From Mobula hypostoma (taxonomy: Eukaryota): DNA of 64,000 bases. Shown piece after piece: positions 1 through 13,239 of the stretch (the stretch's first letter is position 1; each line of letters starts with the position of its first letter). A program made the position numbers and the translations under genes. Where the stretch lies: the NCBI RefSeq assembly GCF_963921235.1, contig NC_086097.1, positions 232,192,001-232,256,000 of the forward strand. The letters are read 5' to 3'. The notes under the pieces were generated by a model. It was given only the letters and a program-made list of their open reading frames with translations. It made no database searches and was not told the origin of the DNA.

Positions 1-1134
1 CCAACATCGTATAGTCCACTTCAGCTGTGATCAAGTGGCAGGGTGAGATGGCCTAATTTTGTTCCTCTATTTGATGGTCTATAAATTAGCAGTTAACGTA
101 CTTTGTGGATAGATTACTGTGCAATATTCTGTATTTCCTCAGTATTTCTCTGCCATGTTAAATTTGATTTTGCATTTCAAGTCTCCAAACAGGGGATTAA
201 CCCTATAATCTTAGATATAGTTCCACTGAGCCAAGCTGACACGCTACAAGAAGACAAGAGAGTTAAATATGCAGCCTGAGAAATGGCATCAATTTCGGAT
301 TTTAATGAGGTCCATGTGACAAATGAGGGATTGTACAGTGACGGATTGGCTAGTTCCTAGGCAAAGCTGGGACTAAAGTCTTCAGCTCGCACAATAACTC
401 ATACTGAAGGAGGGTTTTAAAACAACATGATGGGGAAAGGGATCAGATAAAATGAGGCAATAGATGGGAAATCCTCGGTGGTCAGAAGTGTAGAAAAGAT
501 AACAGCAGAAACTCAGGAAGTAATAAAGTATTGATCAGAGGGTATAATTGTCCAAACTGATGGACAAATTGCAATGGGGTAAGGTATACAAATCTCAAAA
601 ATACATTATTAATAGAAGTGGTGCCAGAGTCTACCAGACTGTTTGTCAAGTAGCATAATGTATGCAAAATTCTCAGATCACACACCTTTCACTGTGATTG
701 AGTAGCCTAGATAAGTTTCAGGATCGAGTCTCATTAGTATTAACTTGACGAGTTGAAGTTACAAAAGGGCTGTAAAAGATAAAAATCAAGCGGGCAGTTT
801 AGTTAGGGTCTGTTAAAGGAGCCGAGTGGGCACTCTGTCAAGTCAGAATAGATTGTTGGTGTCCCTTTAAGGGTGTGTTGATCCTCATTTCACTGGGTCC
901 ACGTAAACATTGAGCTAAACACAGTGCATTTTACCTTTTGCAAAAACTGTCTGTTTGTTGCTCTGAGGACTAATGATATGCTTTCTGACAACATGAGCTA
1001 CGCAAAGTTCCCTTACTCTCTCCTGAACACATCACTGAAGTTTGACACCTTTCACCGAACCTGTTTCGTGCATTTAGTTGCCTCTTCTTGTTTTGGATGG
1101 GTACGCTGGTTGCCCCTTTATGAGACTGCAAACA

Positions 1135-1635
1135 GGCATGGTCGTGTAACGGTCATCGCTTCACTTTTCCTGCTCGTGATCAATGGTCAGGGTTCAATTC
1201 CTGTCACTGCTTGTTAAGAGTTTGTACTTTCTCCCTGTGACTGTATGGGTTTCCTCCGGGTGCTCTGGTTTCCTCCCACATTCCAAAGATGCACACACTC
1301 AAAACGCAGGAGGAACTCAGCAGGTCAGGCAGCGTCTATAGAGAGGAATAAAAAGCCGGCCTGATGAAAGGTCTCAACCTGCATTTTATTCCTCTCCATA
1401 GACGCTGCCTGACCTGCTGAGTTCCTCCAGCATTTTGTGTATGTTACTCTGGATTTCCAGCATCTGCAGAATCTCATATGTGTTTCCAGGTTAGGGTTAG
1501 TAAGTTGTGCAAATGCGAAGTTGGCACTGGAAGCGTGATGAGGGCTACCCAGCACAGTCCTCACTGATTTGATACCAATGACACAATTGACTGTATGTTT
1601 CAGTATTTTGATGTACGTGAGAAATAAAGCTAATA
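1135..1635 (+). mobile_element. tRNA-derived V-SINE-like element, split by a Penelope mini-element at ~1291-1478
   Basis: B-box-like GGTTCAATTCC (~1190) and V-domain core GGGTTTCCTCCGGGTGCTCTGGTTTCCTCCCACATTCCAAAGA; the SINE resumes after the insert. Confidence 0.75.
1291..1478. mobile_element. Palindromic Penelope pseudo-LTR-derived mini-element
   Basis: Arms GGAGGAACTCAGCAGGTCAGGCAGCGTCTAT / ATAGACGCTGCCTGACCTGCTGAGTTCCTCC flank a decayed hammerhead (CTGATGAAAGGTCTC). The same arm sequence ends the Penelope copy at 50962-52975. Confidence 0.75.
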
Positions 1636-2140
1636 TTGTTTCTTTAAAAATCAATTACCTGTCACACTTTTTCTGGACAGGAAGTATATGACTGAGGGTT
1701 AAGTAAGAGATGTAAAGTCAAATAGAAAGGGGACAGATAAAGGAAGGCATGTCGAATAAACATTCTAGTTTATAAAATAAAAGACAGAATTAATCATAGG
1801 TTGCATTGTAGGTTTGAAAAGTAAAGATGTTACAAGAGACGTGCAAATTCCCAAACAAATGTGATAGAGGTAGTAAATAAGAACTGTGACTCTATTGGGA
1901 ATTTAATATAAATATCAAACAGTAAAGGTATGATGGTATGATGTGAGAAGAAATATTGATGATGCAAAACTATGATGATGGATTACATTATTTATCTGAA
2001 GTTAGACGGGTTAAAAGTATCATTACAAAGGGCAGGCATGCTTATAAAGTATTCAGGTTTTCTAAGTCAATTGAAGGGAAAGTCATCATGGGGAGGAGAG
2101 GAGTGATGTTTTCAAAACTGAAATGGTGATCTATTTTTCT

Positions 2141-2516
2141 GGGTGGTGGGGTGGAGGTGCGTCGCTACCAAAGGAGCTGTCAAAGGCACTCTTTCCCTCT
2201 CCTAGCCTGCAGATCACCCTCGGTCAAGGTGTAGTACCTGCTTAGCCCCCCAGTCAGGGTCCCGTGAAGGCAGGGGAGCAGTTGGTCGATGGTCGTATGA
2301 GCAGCTGGTGCACATCACGAGTCCTGGTTTTGCGACCGCTGACGCCAGGCAGACAATCTCTGAAGAGTATTGATAATGGCTGGTGTCACCTGCCTTGTGA
2401 AGTCACTGCCCAGAAGAAGGCAATGGCAAACCACTTCTGTAGAAAAATATGCCAAGAACAATCGTGGTCATAGAAAGACCATGATCGCCTATGTCATATG
2501 GCATGGCACATAATGA
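2141..2516 (+). mobile_element. SINE-like non-autonomous element with RTE/BovA-type tail, copy 1
   Basis: BovA/RTE-like motif AGAAGGCAATGGCAAACCACTTCTG...GCCAAGAA; colinear with 17698-18056. Confidence 0.7.
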
Positions 2517-2642
2517 ACACTCAATCTATTTTTCACTCAATTTTTTTCATTCCAGGTAGTAGGAACAGAGCTGGGAGACCATGATGCCATCAATTTGGCA
2601 AAAGCCAATTTATCAAAGAAAAGATTGATTTCACCATGTGCC

Positions 2643-3219
2643 ACATACAAAGGATTGGAGGAGCTCAGCAGGTCAGGCAGCATCTATGGAGGGAAATGGA
2701 CAATTGATGTTTAGGTTGAGACCCTTCATCAGGACTGGAAAGGAAGTACGGAGATAGTCAATATAAAAAAAGCATGGGGGAGGGATGGAGCAGAGTTGGT
2801 GGGTGCTAAGGGGACACAGCTGAGGGGGAGTGTGATAGGTAGATGAAGGATGGAGGGAATGGGAATAATGTAGGAATCTTGGAGGCAATAGGTGGATGTG
2901 ACAAAGGGATGAAGAATCTGATAGGATAGGAAGGATGAGTCAGGGGAAACCAGCAGGAAGAATGTGTGAGTAATGGGCAGATGAAGAAGTTGGAGGATAG
3001 GGTGATAGAAGTCAGTGGGATCAGGAGTGAAAAGGGGAGCAGGAGGGAAGGGCTAAAGGTGAGTAGTTACTGGAAGTTGGAGGAGTTAAAGGATAAGATA
3101 TTCATACCACCAGGTTGGAGACTATCAAAGTGGAATATGAGGTGTTGTTTCTACTGGGTTTGTTCAGCTCCTTTTTGTGTAACTCCAGATTTCCAACATC
3201 GGCAGTCTCCTATGTCTCC
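2643..3219 (-). mobile_element. Penelope 3' end and pseudo-LTR remnant
   Basis: Minus-strand CAGTCCTGATGAAGGGTCTC motif, pyrimidine-rich 3' UTR, and similarity to the endonuclease C-terminus of 50962-52975. Confidence 0.65.
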
Positions 3220-3504
3220 TGATTTCACCATAAGCATGGGTTCAGTCCAAGCTTTGCAGCACATTTCCCCGATCTACCTACCGGACGTAAAATCAGATAA
3301 CCTGCTGATGGAGGGAAGCATCCAAACGGATGTGAAGAAGTGTGAATTGTATGTGCAAGCTGGTCTGAAATGAGCAAGAGAGCATTACGTGTTAGGAGGC
3401 TAATTTGATTAAAATGTAAGAAGGATAGGAGTTAGAAAAGGCATGATGGGCTGAATGGCCACCTGCTGTTGCCATAACTGTAGTAGCGTGATGACTCACA
3501 CCAA

Positions 3505-3876
3505 GTAGGTTGTTCTCCTAAGGGGTTGTCTGACAGATTTTCCCTTCATAGAGAACGCCTGTGCGTGACTTTGTTTAACCTGGGGAGGCTGAATCATTGG
3601 CCGTCTCCACGTGGTTCTTGATAAACTAGGGTCTAAGCTTGTGTGGAATGCAAGATGACTAGGGGCCCTTCACTGCCGGTGGTGGTGTGTCTCTATCTTC
3701 TGCCAGCTACACCACTGAGGTATCTTTGTCTGCCTCCTCCTCCGTAACCTTACCTCCATGGATAATCCTACCAGGAATTAAGCGTCAAATGGCTAAACTT
3801 CCGACAGCATCTCTCTCAGGATCTCAGGAACTGACAAGCCTCTCCGTCACGACAAGTTGACGATTCCCCGGAGAAG
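3505..3876 (-). mobile_element. Non-autonomous RTE-derived element (5' leader plus 3' end)
   Basis: Minus strand begins CTTCTCC...CTTGTCGTGACGGAGAGGCTTG...GACAAAG; colinear with 9485-9942. Confidence 0.65.
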
Positions 3877-3967
3877 TGATAATTCCATAAGGAATAAGAA
3901 AAGAGTAACGTACAAAAACAAATCAGCATGGTAAATCGATTTAGTTCATCAGTTGTGTTTGAACTGA

Positions 3968-4252
3968 CCATAAGACCATAAGACAAAGGAGCAGAATTAG
4001 GCTATTTGGCCCATCAAGTCTGCTCTGCCATTTCATCATGGCTGATCATTTCCCTCTTAACTCCACCTCCTGCCTGCTCCCTGTAACCTTTCACGCTCTG
4101 ACTAATCAAGAACCTATCGACGTCTGACTTAAATGCACCTAATGACCTGGCTTCCACAATTGACCATGGCAATGAATTCCACAGATGCACCACCGTCTCG
4201 CTAGAGAAATTCCTCCTCAACTCTGTTCTAAGTGGACGTCCCTCTATTGTGC
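3968..4252 (-). mobile_element. CR1 LINE 3' end
   Basis: RRNFSSETVVHLWNSLP..VEA..L..FK..VDRFL is the CR1 ORF2 C-terminus; (GACCATAA)n tail on the plus strand. Confidence 0.85.
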
Positions 4253-4884
4253 CCAAAAACTGCAGAACTGTTTTTTAAGGAAGGAGATAGAGTAGTGAAG
4301 AGACTGTTTATCCTTCTCTATAGATGCAGCCTGACCTGCTGAGTTCCTACATCATTTTGTGTGTGTTGCATAGTGATGAGATACACTGGAACTTCACATC
4401 TACAAATCACATTGCTTCACATCTGATTGGATGTTTCCCTCCATCACCAGATTATCCCGTCGACATTTCGGGCTGAGACTTATGTACTTCTATAGAGGCA
4501 TTGGTGCATTTTGTTCTTTCTTACACCTTGATTGTTGGTCCATCCTATTGGCTGAGGTCTTTCATTGGTTCTATTGTGTTTCTTGGATTTACCGTGTATG
4601 CCTGCAAGAAATTGAATCTCAGGTTGTGTATGGTGATATAAATGTTCTTCGATAATAAATTTACTTTGAACTTTGATCTTTGATCTACTGAAGTCCATCA
4701 CACATTTTGAGTGAGTTGCTCAGGATTTCCAGCAGCTGCAGGATCTTTTGTGTGTCTACAACTCTGGAAATTCATCTCCTTTATATTTTCTAGTTCAGTG
4801 TAGATACAGAGATGAAGTAGGGGAGGGAATCTATCTTTTCCCCAAGTTGGATAAATGAGAATCAGTATTAGGTTGGTTATCTCT

Positions 4885-6152
4885 GACATATGTCGTCCAC
4901 CATTGACATCAGAGATATCTTCCTTCTTCAAAGAATGGGGTTTCCCTTCCTCCACCATTGATTCCTTCATCCCTGCTGCATCTGTTCCTAGGATGAGGTT
5001 CTTCTTTCCACCACGACATTAGAGATGCCCTCCTACTTCAAAGAACGAGGTTCCCTTTCCTCCACTATTGATGCTGCCCTCACCCACATTTCCTCCATTT
5101 CCCAGACAATCGCACTCACGCCATCTTCCCTTCACCTTAACAGGGATAGGCTTCCTCTTGTCCTTATCTACCACCCCCTGAGACTCTGCATCCAACATAT
5201 CATCCTCCACAACTTCCACCATATTCAACAGGATCCTACCACCAAACACATCTTTACCTCCCCCACCCCACTCTCCACTCTCCGCAGGGATTTCTCACTC
5301 CATGATTCCCTTGTTATTTGTCCCTCCCCACTAATCTCCCTCCTGCCACTTATCCCTGCAAGTGGCAGAACTAATACACCTGCCCGTTCACCTCCACCAT
5401 TACTTGCATTCAGGACATGAAACAGTCCTTCCAGGTGAGGCAACATTTCACCTGTGAACTTGTTGTGGTCACCTTCTGTATCCAGTACTCCTGATGCTGC
5501 CTCCTCTACATTGGTGAGACCTGGCAGAGATTGGGGAATTGCTTTGTCGAGCACCCCCGCTCCATCTGCAGAAAGCAAAATTACCTGTTTTATCCAACCA
5601 TTTTAATCTCTATCCCCAGCCCCAGACTGACATGTTGATCGATGGCCTCTTCTACTGCCATGATGAAGCCACTCTCAGGGTGGCATAACAACACCTACTA
5701 TTTCATTTAGGTATCCTCCAAAGAGATGGCACAAACATTGATCTATTCAACTTCTGGTAACTTATCCCCCTCCCTCCATTCCCACTTCTTTAATTCCCCA
5801 CTCTCACCTCTTACTTTTTCTCACTTCCCTCCAATGCCTCTCTTCCTTCCCTTTCACTCATGGTCCACTCTCTTCTCCTATAAGACTCCTTCTTCTCCAA
5901 GCCTTTACCCTTTTCATCTATCACCACCCTGCTTCTTTCTTCATCACCCCTCCCCACCCACCTGACTTTACCTACCACCTTCTAGCTTGACCTCCTTCTG
6001 CTCCCCCCACCCTCTTATTCTGGCATTTCCCCCTCCCCCTCCCCTTCCTTTCCAGTCCCGATGAAAGGTCTCGGCCCAAAACATCAATGCTGAGTTCCTT
6101 CAGCATTTTGTGTGTATTGGCCTGGACTTCCAACATCAACAGGATCTCTTGT
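4885..6152 (+). mobile_element. Decayed Penelope fragment (RT thumb, GIY-YIG endonuclease, 3' UTR, pLTR)
   Basis: ORF 5025-5420 (MPSYFKERG...NRDRLPLVLIYHP..L.IQHIILHNFHHIQQDPTTKHIF) matches the 51801-52229 frame; decayed hammerhead at ~6053-6098. Confidence 0.85.
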
Positions 6153-6876
6153 GTCATGAAGTTTGTTGTTAAGCAGGAGCGGTGCACTGCAACATATAAA
6201 ATACAATAAGAAAAATACGTTAAAAAATTAGTAGTGCAAAACGAGAGTAAAAACAGTGAGGTCGTGTTCATGGACCATTCAAAAGTCTGATTGCAGAGGG
6301 AAAGAAGCTGTTCTTAAAACATCCAGTGTGTGCTTTTAGGCTCCTGTACTTCTTTCTTGATGGTAATAGTGAGAAGAGGACATGTCCTGGACGTTAGGGT
6401 CCTTGTTGGGGCACTGCCTTTTGAAGATGTCCCAGATGGTAGGGAGGCTAGTGCTCATGATAGAACTGGCAGAGTTTTCAACCCTCTGCAGCTTTTTCTG
6501 ATTCTGTGCATTGGCCTCTCCATACCAGATGGTGATGCAACCAGTCAGATTGCTCTCCTCAGTTCGTCTGTGGAAATTTGCAAGAGTCTTTGGTGCATAC
6601 CAAATCTCCTCAAACCTGTCATGAGATATAGCCACTGGTGTGCCTTCTTTGTAATTACATCAATATGTTGGGCCCAGCATAGATCTTCAGAGATGTTGGC
6701 ACCCTGGAACTTAAAGCCCTTTCCACTGCTGATCCCTCAATGAAGACTGCTGTGTGTTTTCTCAACATCTCCTTCCTGAAGTCTGGGATCAATTCCTTCA
6801 TCTCTCTGACGTTGTTGTGACACTGTTCAACCTACTGATCTATGTCACTCTTATATGCCTCCTCGTCACCATCTAA
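6153..6876 (-). mobile_element. Rex1/Babar-like LINE 3' fragment
   Basis: PKTLANFHRRTEESNLTGCITIWYG...KKLQRVENSASSI, the Rex1-type C-terminal motif. Confidence 0.8.
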
Positions 6877-7155
6877 GTTTCTAAGGAAATTTTAAAGGGT
6901 GAAGGGAAGAGGGACGAGCCATCTGTATATTCATTCAAAGCGGGCGTACATCCATTGAATCTGCTTTAGAAACCTGGACCACAGTTCTGCTTCTGGAAAT
7001 GCAAAGTATCAGGACAACAGGCCTCTTTTATATTGATGCAACACGCAGGATGCTGAATTATATTGATACTATCCCTACACCATGGATGACAATCAGTTGG
7101 TACATGTTCCAGCACAACATCAACAGGCCTAGGAAGCCAGGGAAGAATATACAAT

Positions 7156-7926
7156 TGAAACCCTTTTTTACCAGGCATCTCTAGAGATGCAGCTTGTTTG
7201 CCCCTCGCTAACAGCCACTGGATTCAGCGGCAAAAAAACCACCTTTCTCGGACACTGCAGGTCGAGGGTCGATATGACTTGGGTCCCACCGAGCCCAGGA
7301 GGTTGGGATGTCTTGCCAACCCGAACCCCAATCTGTGTGAATACTGAGCAAGTGCTGCCCCCATGTAATTGCCTATCGGCAAAAAATAGCTGACCATACA
7401 CTATGTACAATTATAAGGAAAGTATATTTATTAATGTTACCTTAACCAAATCGTTCTTAAGGAATAAATTTTAAAAAAACAAAAGGACCCATCATAATTA
7501 AAATTGTCAAATGTGCATAGCTTGGAGCTCAAATCTTCCAAAAGCTGATGTGTCTGATGTACTCATGGTGCCAACACCTATCTACCAATCACCAGTATGA
7601 TTTCCTCTCTTGGACTCCATCGGATCACGCATTCCCTTTGGATCGAATCCTACAGCTGGTTGTCTCAAGCTTCTTCTCTCTCCATCTCCTGCCGAAAAGA
7701 CCTTGACCCACCCTGTCACAAAACCTCTCCGCCCAGTATTCTCTAGAACTTTCACCCAATTCCACCATCCTGATTGGATGACACTACATTCCTAAGCATG
7801 AATGTCACAGCACCTTATCTTTAATGGCAACCCAAACACTACCAGCAGAATACACTGCTTCTACAGAGAACTATTGAATGAAATACCCTACAACATTAGC
7901 AGTAAAATCTTAAGCAGGGCATTACA
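7156..7926 (-). mobile_element. Candidate solo LTR
   Basis: TG...CA ends with imperfect inverted termini (TGAAACCC / GGGCATTACA), minus-strand AATAAA near 7430, no convincing ORF; TSD unclear. Confidence 0.4.
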
Positions 7927-8389
7927 CAGAAAAAAAGAGTTTTCCAAAAGCCCAGTACAGGACTAGCTCTCAAGAGACATAACACACTGTGGTTCTTTCA
8001 GGTGTTACACTGGACTGAAATTTCTGAGTGCCTCCAGAACATTGCCAGAGGCACAAAGGAAGTTTCATTCAGACAAAAAGGAGTAGGTTGACGTTCCAGT
8101 TACCTTTAATTCCCATAGGAGTTCAGAATGATGTGGGCAACTGGTGGACCTGAACATTTCAAAGTACAGTCCAAAGTAGAAAGTTAATGTATTATTAAAG
8201 TACATACTGTATATGTCACCATATGCTACCCTGAGATTTATTTTCATGTAGGCATTCACAGTAGAACAAAGAAAGACAATCAAATCAATGAAAAACTACA
8301 CACAAAGACCGACAAATAACCAATGTGAAAAAGAGGACCAACTGGGTAAATACAATAAGTAAGCAAAGAAACAATAAATAAATATAAGT

Positions 8390-9237
8390 TAGAGGATGAC
8401 TTCTTTGAGCTCATCTACGAAAACAGCTTAATTTCTTCCCTTTAATGTCTCTCTTTCCCTTTTCAAGGTGGATGGGGTTCTGTCAGAGTCTGTGATCTAC
8501 AACCGCACTCAAGCTGTGGTTCTTTATGGTGATGGTTTCTGCTCCTGGGGCTCACCATCCGGCCGTTTTTCAGTATCCCGAGGACGTGGACTGGAGGACA
8601 TGCACGCCTTTGGGGCGAGGTACTGCGACCCTGCGGACGGGCCAATTCCATGCCAATGTTGCCAACTGAGGCGTTGCGGAAGAAACAGAACATCGCAAAC
8701 AGCAGAACCGCCGTTGGAGGCCTTTGTACTCGGACGATTGCTCTCTCCTTCTTTTCCTCGATGGTGGCGGAGAGTTTGCTGCTGATTCTCAAGTCGAAGA
8801 ACTCGGAATAAAAACAGCATGGCAGACTTTAACATGGCAATCAGCAAGTTATTTTGTTTTGTTGGTCTCCCCTCTCTCTGTGGTAACACATCTCTGTCCC
8901 GTTATAACAGAGAAAGAGAGCTTGTGGCATATTGAATTGTCAGGTGAACAGGTAGTTTTTGCTGCCGATCACAATCTTTATTGGGGGCTTTGCTTTTGCT
9001 TTCTTGGTAGGGGGCTAATGCTTTCTGCTGAAATAAGTGGGTTTGTGGGAAGGGGGAAAGTTGATGTTTTGCTGCTGCTTGTGTGTGGGAGAGGGGAGAG
9101 GAGGCTTTGTGGTTCTAATGTTTTATTGTCATTCATTCTTTGGGGCACTCTTCCGTTTTTCACGGACGTCTGTGAAGAGCAAGAATTTCAGGTTGTATAC
9201 TGTATACATTCTCTGATACTGAATTGAGCATTGAACC
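8390..9237 (+). mobile_element. Non-autonomous ~850-bp retroelement; related copy on the minus strand at ~23188-24015
   Basis: Shares the 3' tail TGTGAAGAG...TTTCAGGT...TATACATTC.CTGATA..AATTGA and a G/T-rich block with the reverse complement of 23188-23460. Confidence 0.55.
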
Positions 9238-9484
9238 ACTGCTGCGAGTAGGAGTTGTAGGATCCCTGATAGTGAGTCCATAGACAGTGGAATCATTTCA
9301 GAGGTGAGATGAGTGAAGTTATCCACACTGGTTCTGGAGCCTGATGGCTGAAGGGTAATAACAGTTCCTGAGCCTTGGTGTGTGGAACCTAAGGCCCGGG
9401 TATCTCCTTCATGATGGCAGCAGCGAGAAGACAGCATGGCCTGTATGGTAGGGTCCAAAATGATGGATGTTGCTTTTTGAGTGG

Positions 9485-9942
9485 TAGTTGTCGTGGCCAT
9501 CCGTCAAGGTCGAGGATGATGGTCTTCATTCCGTTGATCTATTTACAGGCTCTCAAGTGGCTTATGAGTCCAATCTTGACCAACAGAGTGAAGATGCCTG
9601 TGCGTGCTCTTGTTTAACGTGCACTTGATGTTGCACTCCAAGAAGCACACAATACTTCACAAATCAACCAACTGATTCCAATGGCATGGAAACCACGACG
9701 GTTGGAGCTGATGGATTTGTTGCTGCCTTCATCCGCCTTCACAGCCGTTCAGTTCGAAGTAACTTCGTCCGCCTGTTCCACCGTTGAGGTCTTGGATGGA
9801 TTGTTCTTTGTCAGGGACCTCACCCTCGACCTTACCGCCATGGGTGACCCTACCGGGAGCATAGCTCCAGACGGCATCACTCTTGGGATCTCAGGACCAC
9901 ACAAGCTTCTCCACCATGACAAGGTGACAATCCACGGAGAAG
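9485..9942 (-). mobile_element. Non-autonomous RTE-derived element inserted into a Rex1-like 3' fragment
   Basis: BovB/Expander-like leader CACCTTGTCATGGTGGAGAAGCTTGTGTG...GGGTCACCCA...CCTGACAAAG on the minus strand; the Rex1-like host continues on both sides. Confidence 0.7.
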
Positions 9943-11232
9943 TGTGTGGTAGTATTCGTTCTAGATGTGTCCATTGACGAGGAGGTCTTTGCTTGTGAAG
10001 GAGTGGGCTGTATCCATTACCTTTTTCCTTAATTCCTGCATAGGAAATCTCCTACTGGCCAAAATGCTGGTGGAACTCAGCAAGTCAGGTAGCTGATAAA
10101 CCCTACTACTGATACACTGTCCACATTTCTTCGAGTTTAGCCCCAGTCACTCCACAAATCTACATTTAGCATAGTTTTGTTTTCCTTTATGAAACATTTG
10201 GAAAAGAGCAAACTATCAACAAACAAAAAGATTGTTATTGAAATAAAGTCACAGATGCTTTGTGCTCCAATGTAAAGCTACGACTTCCTTTAAATTTAAT
10301 TACTAATTTTTGCTAAGACCTGGCAAAGGGAATAATAGCAAAGCTTTATTCAGTTACACACCTGGAGCCAGATGTATGTAAAAATGCATAAAAAATTCAT
10401 AATATTTAGAAATATACAAATAGATGTTGAATGGAAAAATAAATGATTAAAAGAACTGTTTGAAATATGTTTTTCAAACATCAGATTAAATTCTTGCACA
10501 ATGACCCTGTCTTTAAAACCAAAAGTAAACACTTAAGCAATTTTACCAATAGGCCTGCAGTCAATATTTGCTTTTGTACACTCTTGGGCTTCGATCACTT
10601 GCCTGTTTACCAGTACGAACATGAGTTACATGTATGGTTCCTGGGGATACCTCAGAGGCCGTTAGTCCAAGCTCTTTAGTTTAGGTAAGTCTGATCCGCT
10701 TTTTTTACCCTCTAACCTAAAATGGTGCCCTTTGAAAAACAGATTGCTTCCAAAGATGTGAATATAATCCGGGAACAATTTGGGTTTGATCACAATTACA
10801 TAAAATTAAACATCTTTATGACTTTAATCTAAATTACCTGCCACGATATTTTAATCATCTTTCCAGTGCATCCTAAGCATGCGCTGAACACTCCTCCATG
10901 CTTTAAGCCATTAAGGAATTCTTCAAAAATGGAAGGCTAGTGATGCTTCCAATATAATGCAATACTGTTGTGTATTATGTGAAAGCACTTTATCTAAAAT
11001 CCAGCGGCCTGATCAGGTCTTTTGTGTGCAAAACCTGCTTAGTGTATTAATTCTGGGGTCCTTGGTGTCTGTGATGTGTTTGAGGATGCTTGACATTCAC
11101 AGCGGTATCAGGCTACAATTTGATGTAATACATCTCAGATTCAGATTCAGATTCACTATTTATCGCATATACGTCGAAACATAGCATAAAATGCATCATT
11201 TGCGTTAACAACTACACACCTGAAGGATGTAA

Positions 11233-11457
11233 CTCACACAAAATGCTGGAGGAACTCAGCAAGTTAGGCAGTGTCTATGGAAAAGAATAAACAGACAATG
11301 TTTTGGGCCAAGACCATTCATCAGGACTGAAGGGTTTTGGCCTGAAACGCTGACTGTTTACTCTTTTCCACAGATGCTGCCTGACCTGCTGAGTTCCTCC
11401 AGTATTTGGTGTATGTGGCTTTGGATTTCCAGCATCTACAGATTTTCTCTTGTTTGC
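11233..11457. mobile_element. Palindromic Penelope mini-element inside a SINE remnant
   Basis: Inverted AAATGCTGGAGGAACTCAGC / GCTGAGTTCCTCCAGTATTT arms around two opposed hammerhead remnants; AAGGATGT is repeated at both flanks. Confidence 0.75.
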
Positions 11458-11645
11458 TCACACTAAGGATGTGCTGGGGGCAGATATTCCAGCTTCGACA
11501 ATGCATACCCGCAGAACACAGAAGGTAACACAACAAGCAACAACAAAGCAAGTCCGCTCTATCCACCACCCACCTAAATATCCATCGATACACACAGATA
11601 TCCCATTTGGCATAACCATACATTTCATGCTCGAGCCTGCGTCTA

Positions 11646-12200
11646 CACTCAGTGGCCGCTTTATCAGGAACTCCTGTACACAGTTTGTTCATGAAAATAT
11701 GTAATCAGCCAATCATTAGGCAGCAATTTAATGCATAAAAGCATGCAGACATGGTCAAGAGGTTCAGTTGTTGTTCAGACCAAACATCAGAATGGGGAAG
11801 AAATGTGGTTTAACTGTCTTTGACCGTGGAATGATAGTTGATGCCAGATGGGGTGGTTTGAGTATCTCAGAAGCTGCTGATCTCCTGGGATTTTTACACA
11901 CAACAGTCTCTAGCGTTTACAGAGAAAGGTACAAAAAAACAGTGAGCGGTAGTTCCGTGGGTGAAAACGCGCTTTTATTGAGAGAGGTCAGAGGAGAATG
12001 GCCAGACTGGTTCAGGCTGACAGGAAGGCAACAGTAACTCAAATAACCCAGCATTACAACAGTGACGTGCAGAAGAGCATCTCTGAATGCACAACATGTT
12101 GAACTCTGAAGTGGATGGGCTGCAGCAGCAGAAGACTACTATGCATTCAGTGCCCACTTTAGTAGATCCAGGAGGTACCTCATATAGTGACCACTAAGTG
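11646..12200 (+). mobile_element. Internally deleted Tc1/mariner DNA transposon
   Basis: TA-flanked TIRs CACTCAGTGGCCGCTTTAT / ATATAGTGACCACTAAGTG; MGKKCGLTVFDRGMIVDARWGGLSISEAADLLGFLHTTVSSVYRE is a Tc1 paired-like DNA-binding domain; no DDE domain. Confidence 0.85.
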
Positions 12201-13239
12201 TATACGGTGTATTCAAGAAGGTCACCAACGTTCCTGCCCCAGCCCATCATAAGTACCCTCTGACCCTACACTGTCGTTCTCTGCTGCTTCAATTCCACAG
12301 GCTCTTCTCAACTTCTCCGATGCCTCCGCAGGCCTTTCTGAATTAATACCCATGATCCACAGCCTGTAACCCAGTCTGACAATTAGTGAGTACATTTCTA
12401 TTGTGTACAGCGTCTTAGACCTGGAGGTCTATGGAATATCTCTGCGGGAGTGGCAATACATAACTTCCCGCTTATCGCCGGCTTAATGTTCCTTTGGAGG
12501 CGTGGTGAATTTCTCGGTCACCATGTCCACTGAACACATTGAAACTGTCACAGAGACGTACAATGCCTAGAGCTCTACTGTATCCCAGTATTTGTCACTT
12601 TTAAAGGAGGAACCTAATTACATCATTGCATGAGTAAAATAAATGGAAGAAAAACAAGGTAATGTATTTTTTAATGCCTTGTCGATGTCTACATAGTTTA
12701 CCCCTTCCAACACTGAGGCATGCAAGGGACTCTGTGTTAATCTGTGAGATCCCATTAAAACCATGAAGCAATGCAGTTGCTGTCAAGATACCTTTTGAAA
12801 GCTAATGTCTCATAAACACTTGGCAGATTTTGAAACATGTATCAAGCTTGTGTCAGCCTGTGCTTGGTTCTAACAAGAGACTGACTCACTTTAGTCTGAT
12901 TGTGAATGGGAAGGGAGTGTTGTGTGGTTCACCATGAGAAGGGTTTGGCTGCCTCGCCTGCAAACAGCAGTAGCCATCAGGCAAGCACGGGGCCAGCTGC
13001 ATTGTAGTCACTGTGGTCCTAAGCTCACAATGCATGTGGAAATTAAGCTATTAACAATGGGACGTTAATGTGTGTGGTGACTGCCACCCTCCTTCTATCC
13101 AGCGGGGATTTTGAGGCTGGGAAATTAACCCATGCGACTGCATGATGAGCTGCAGGAAACAAATTCACAGAAAGGACATTGTTCTGTCATAGCTGCAACA
13201 GATGTCAATCTTTATTTTAAATGCAAGTGGCAGATGATG

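Noticed and set aside
9795..9942. Canonical HDV-like ribozyme call
   Set aside because: No L3 CC / J1-4 GG pairing and no clear catalytic-C strand; kept only as an unclassified structure.
12400..12535. Possible exon after TGTGTACAG
   Set aside because: Weak polypyrimidine tract, unrecognisable translation, no partner exons.
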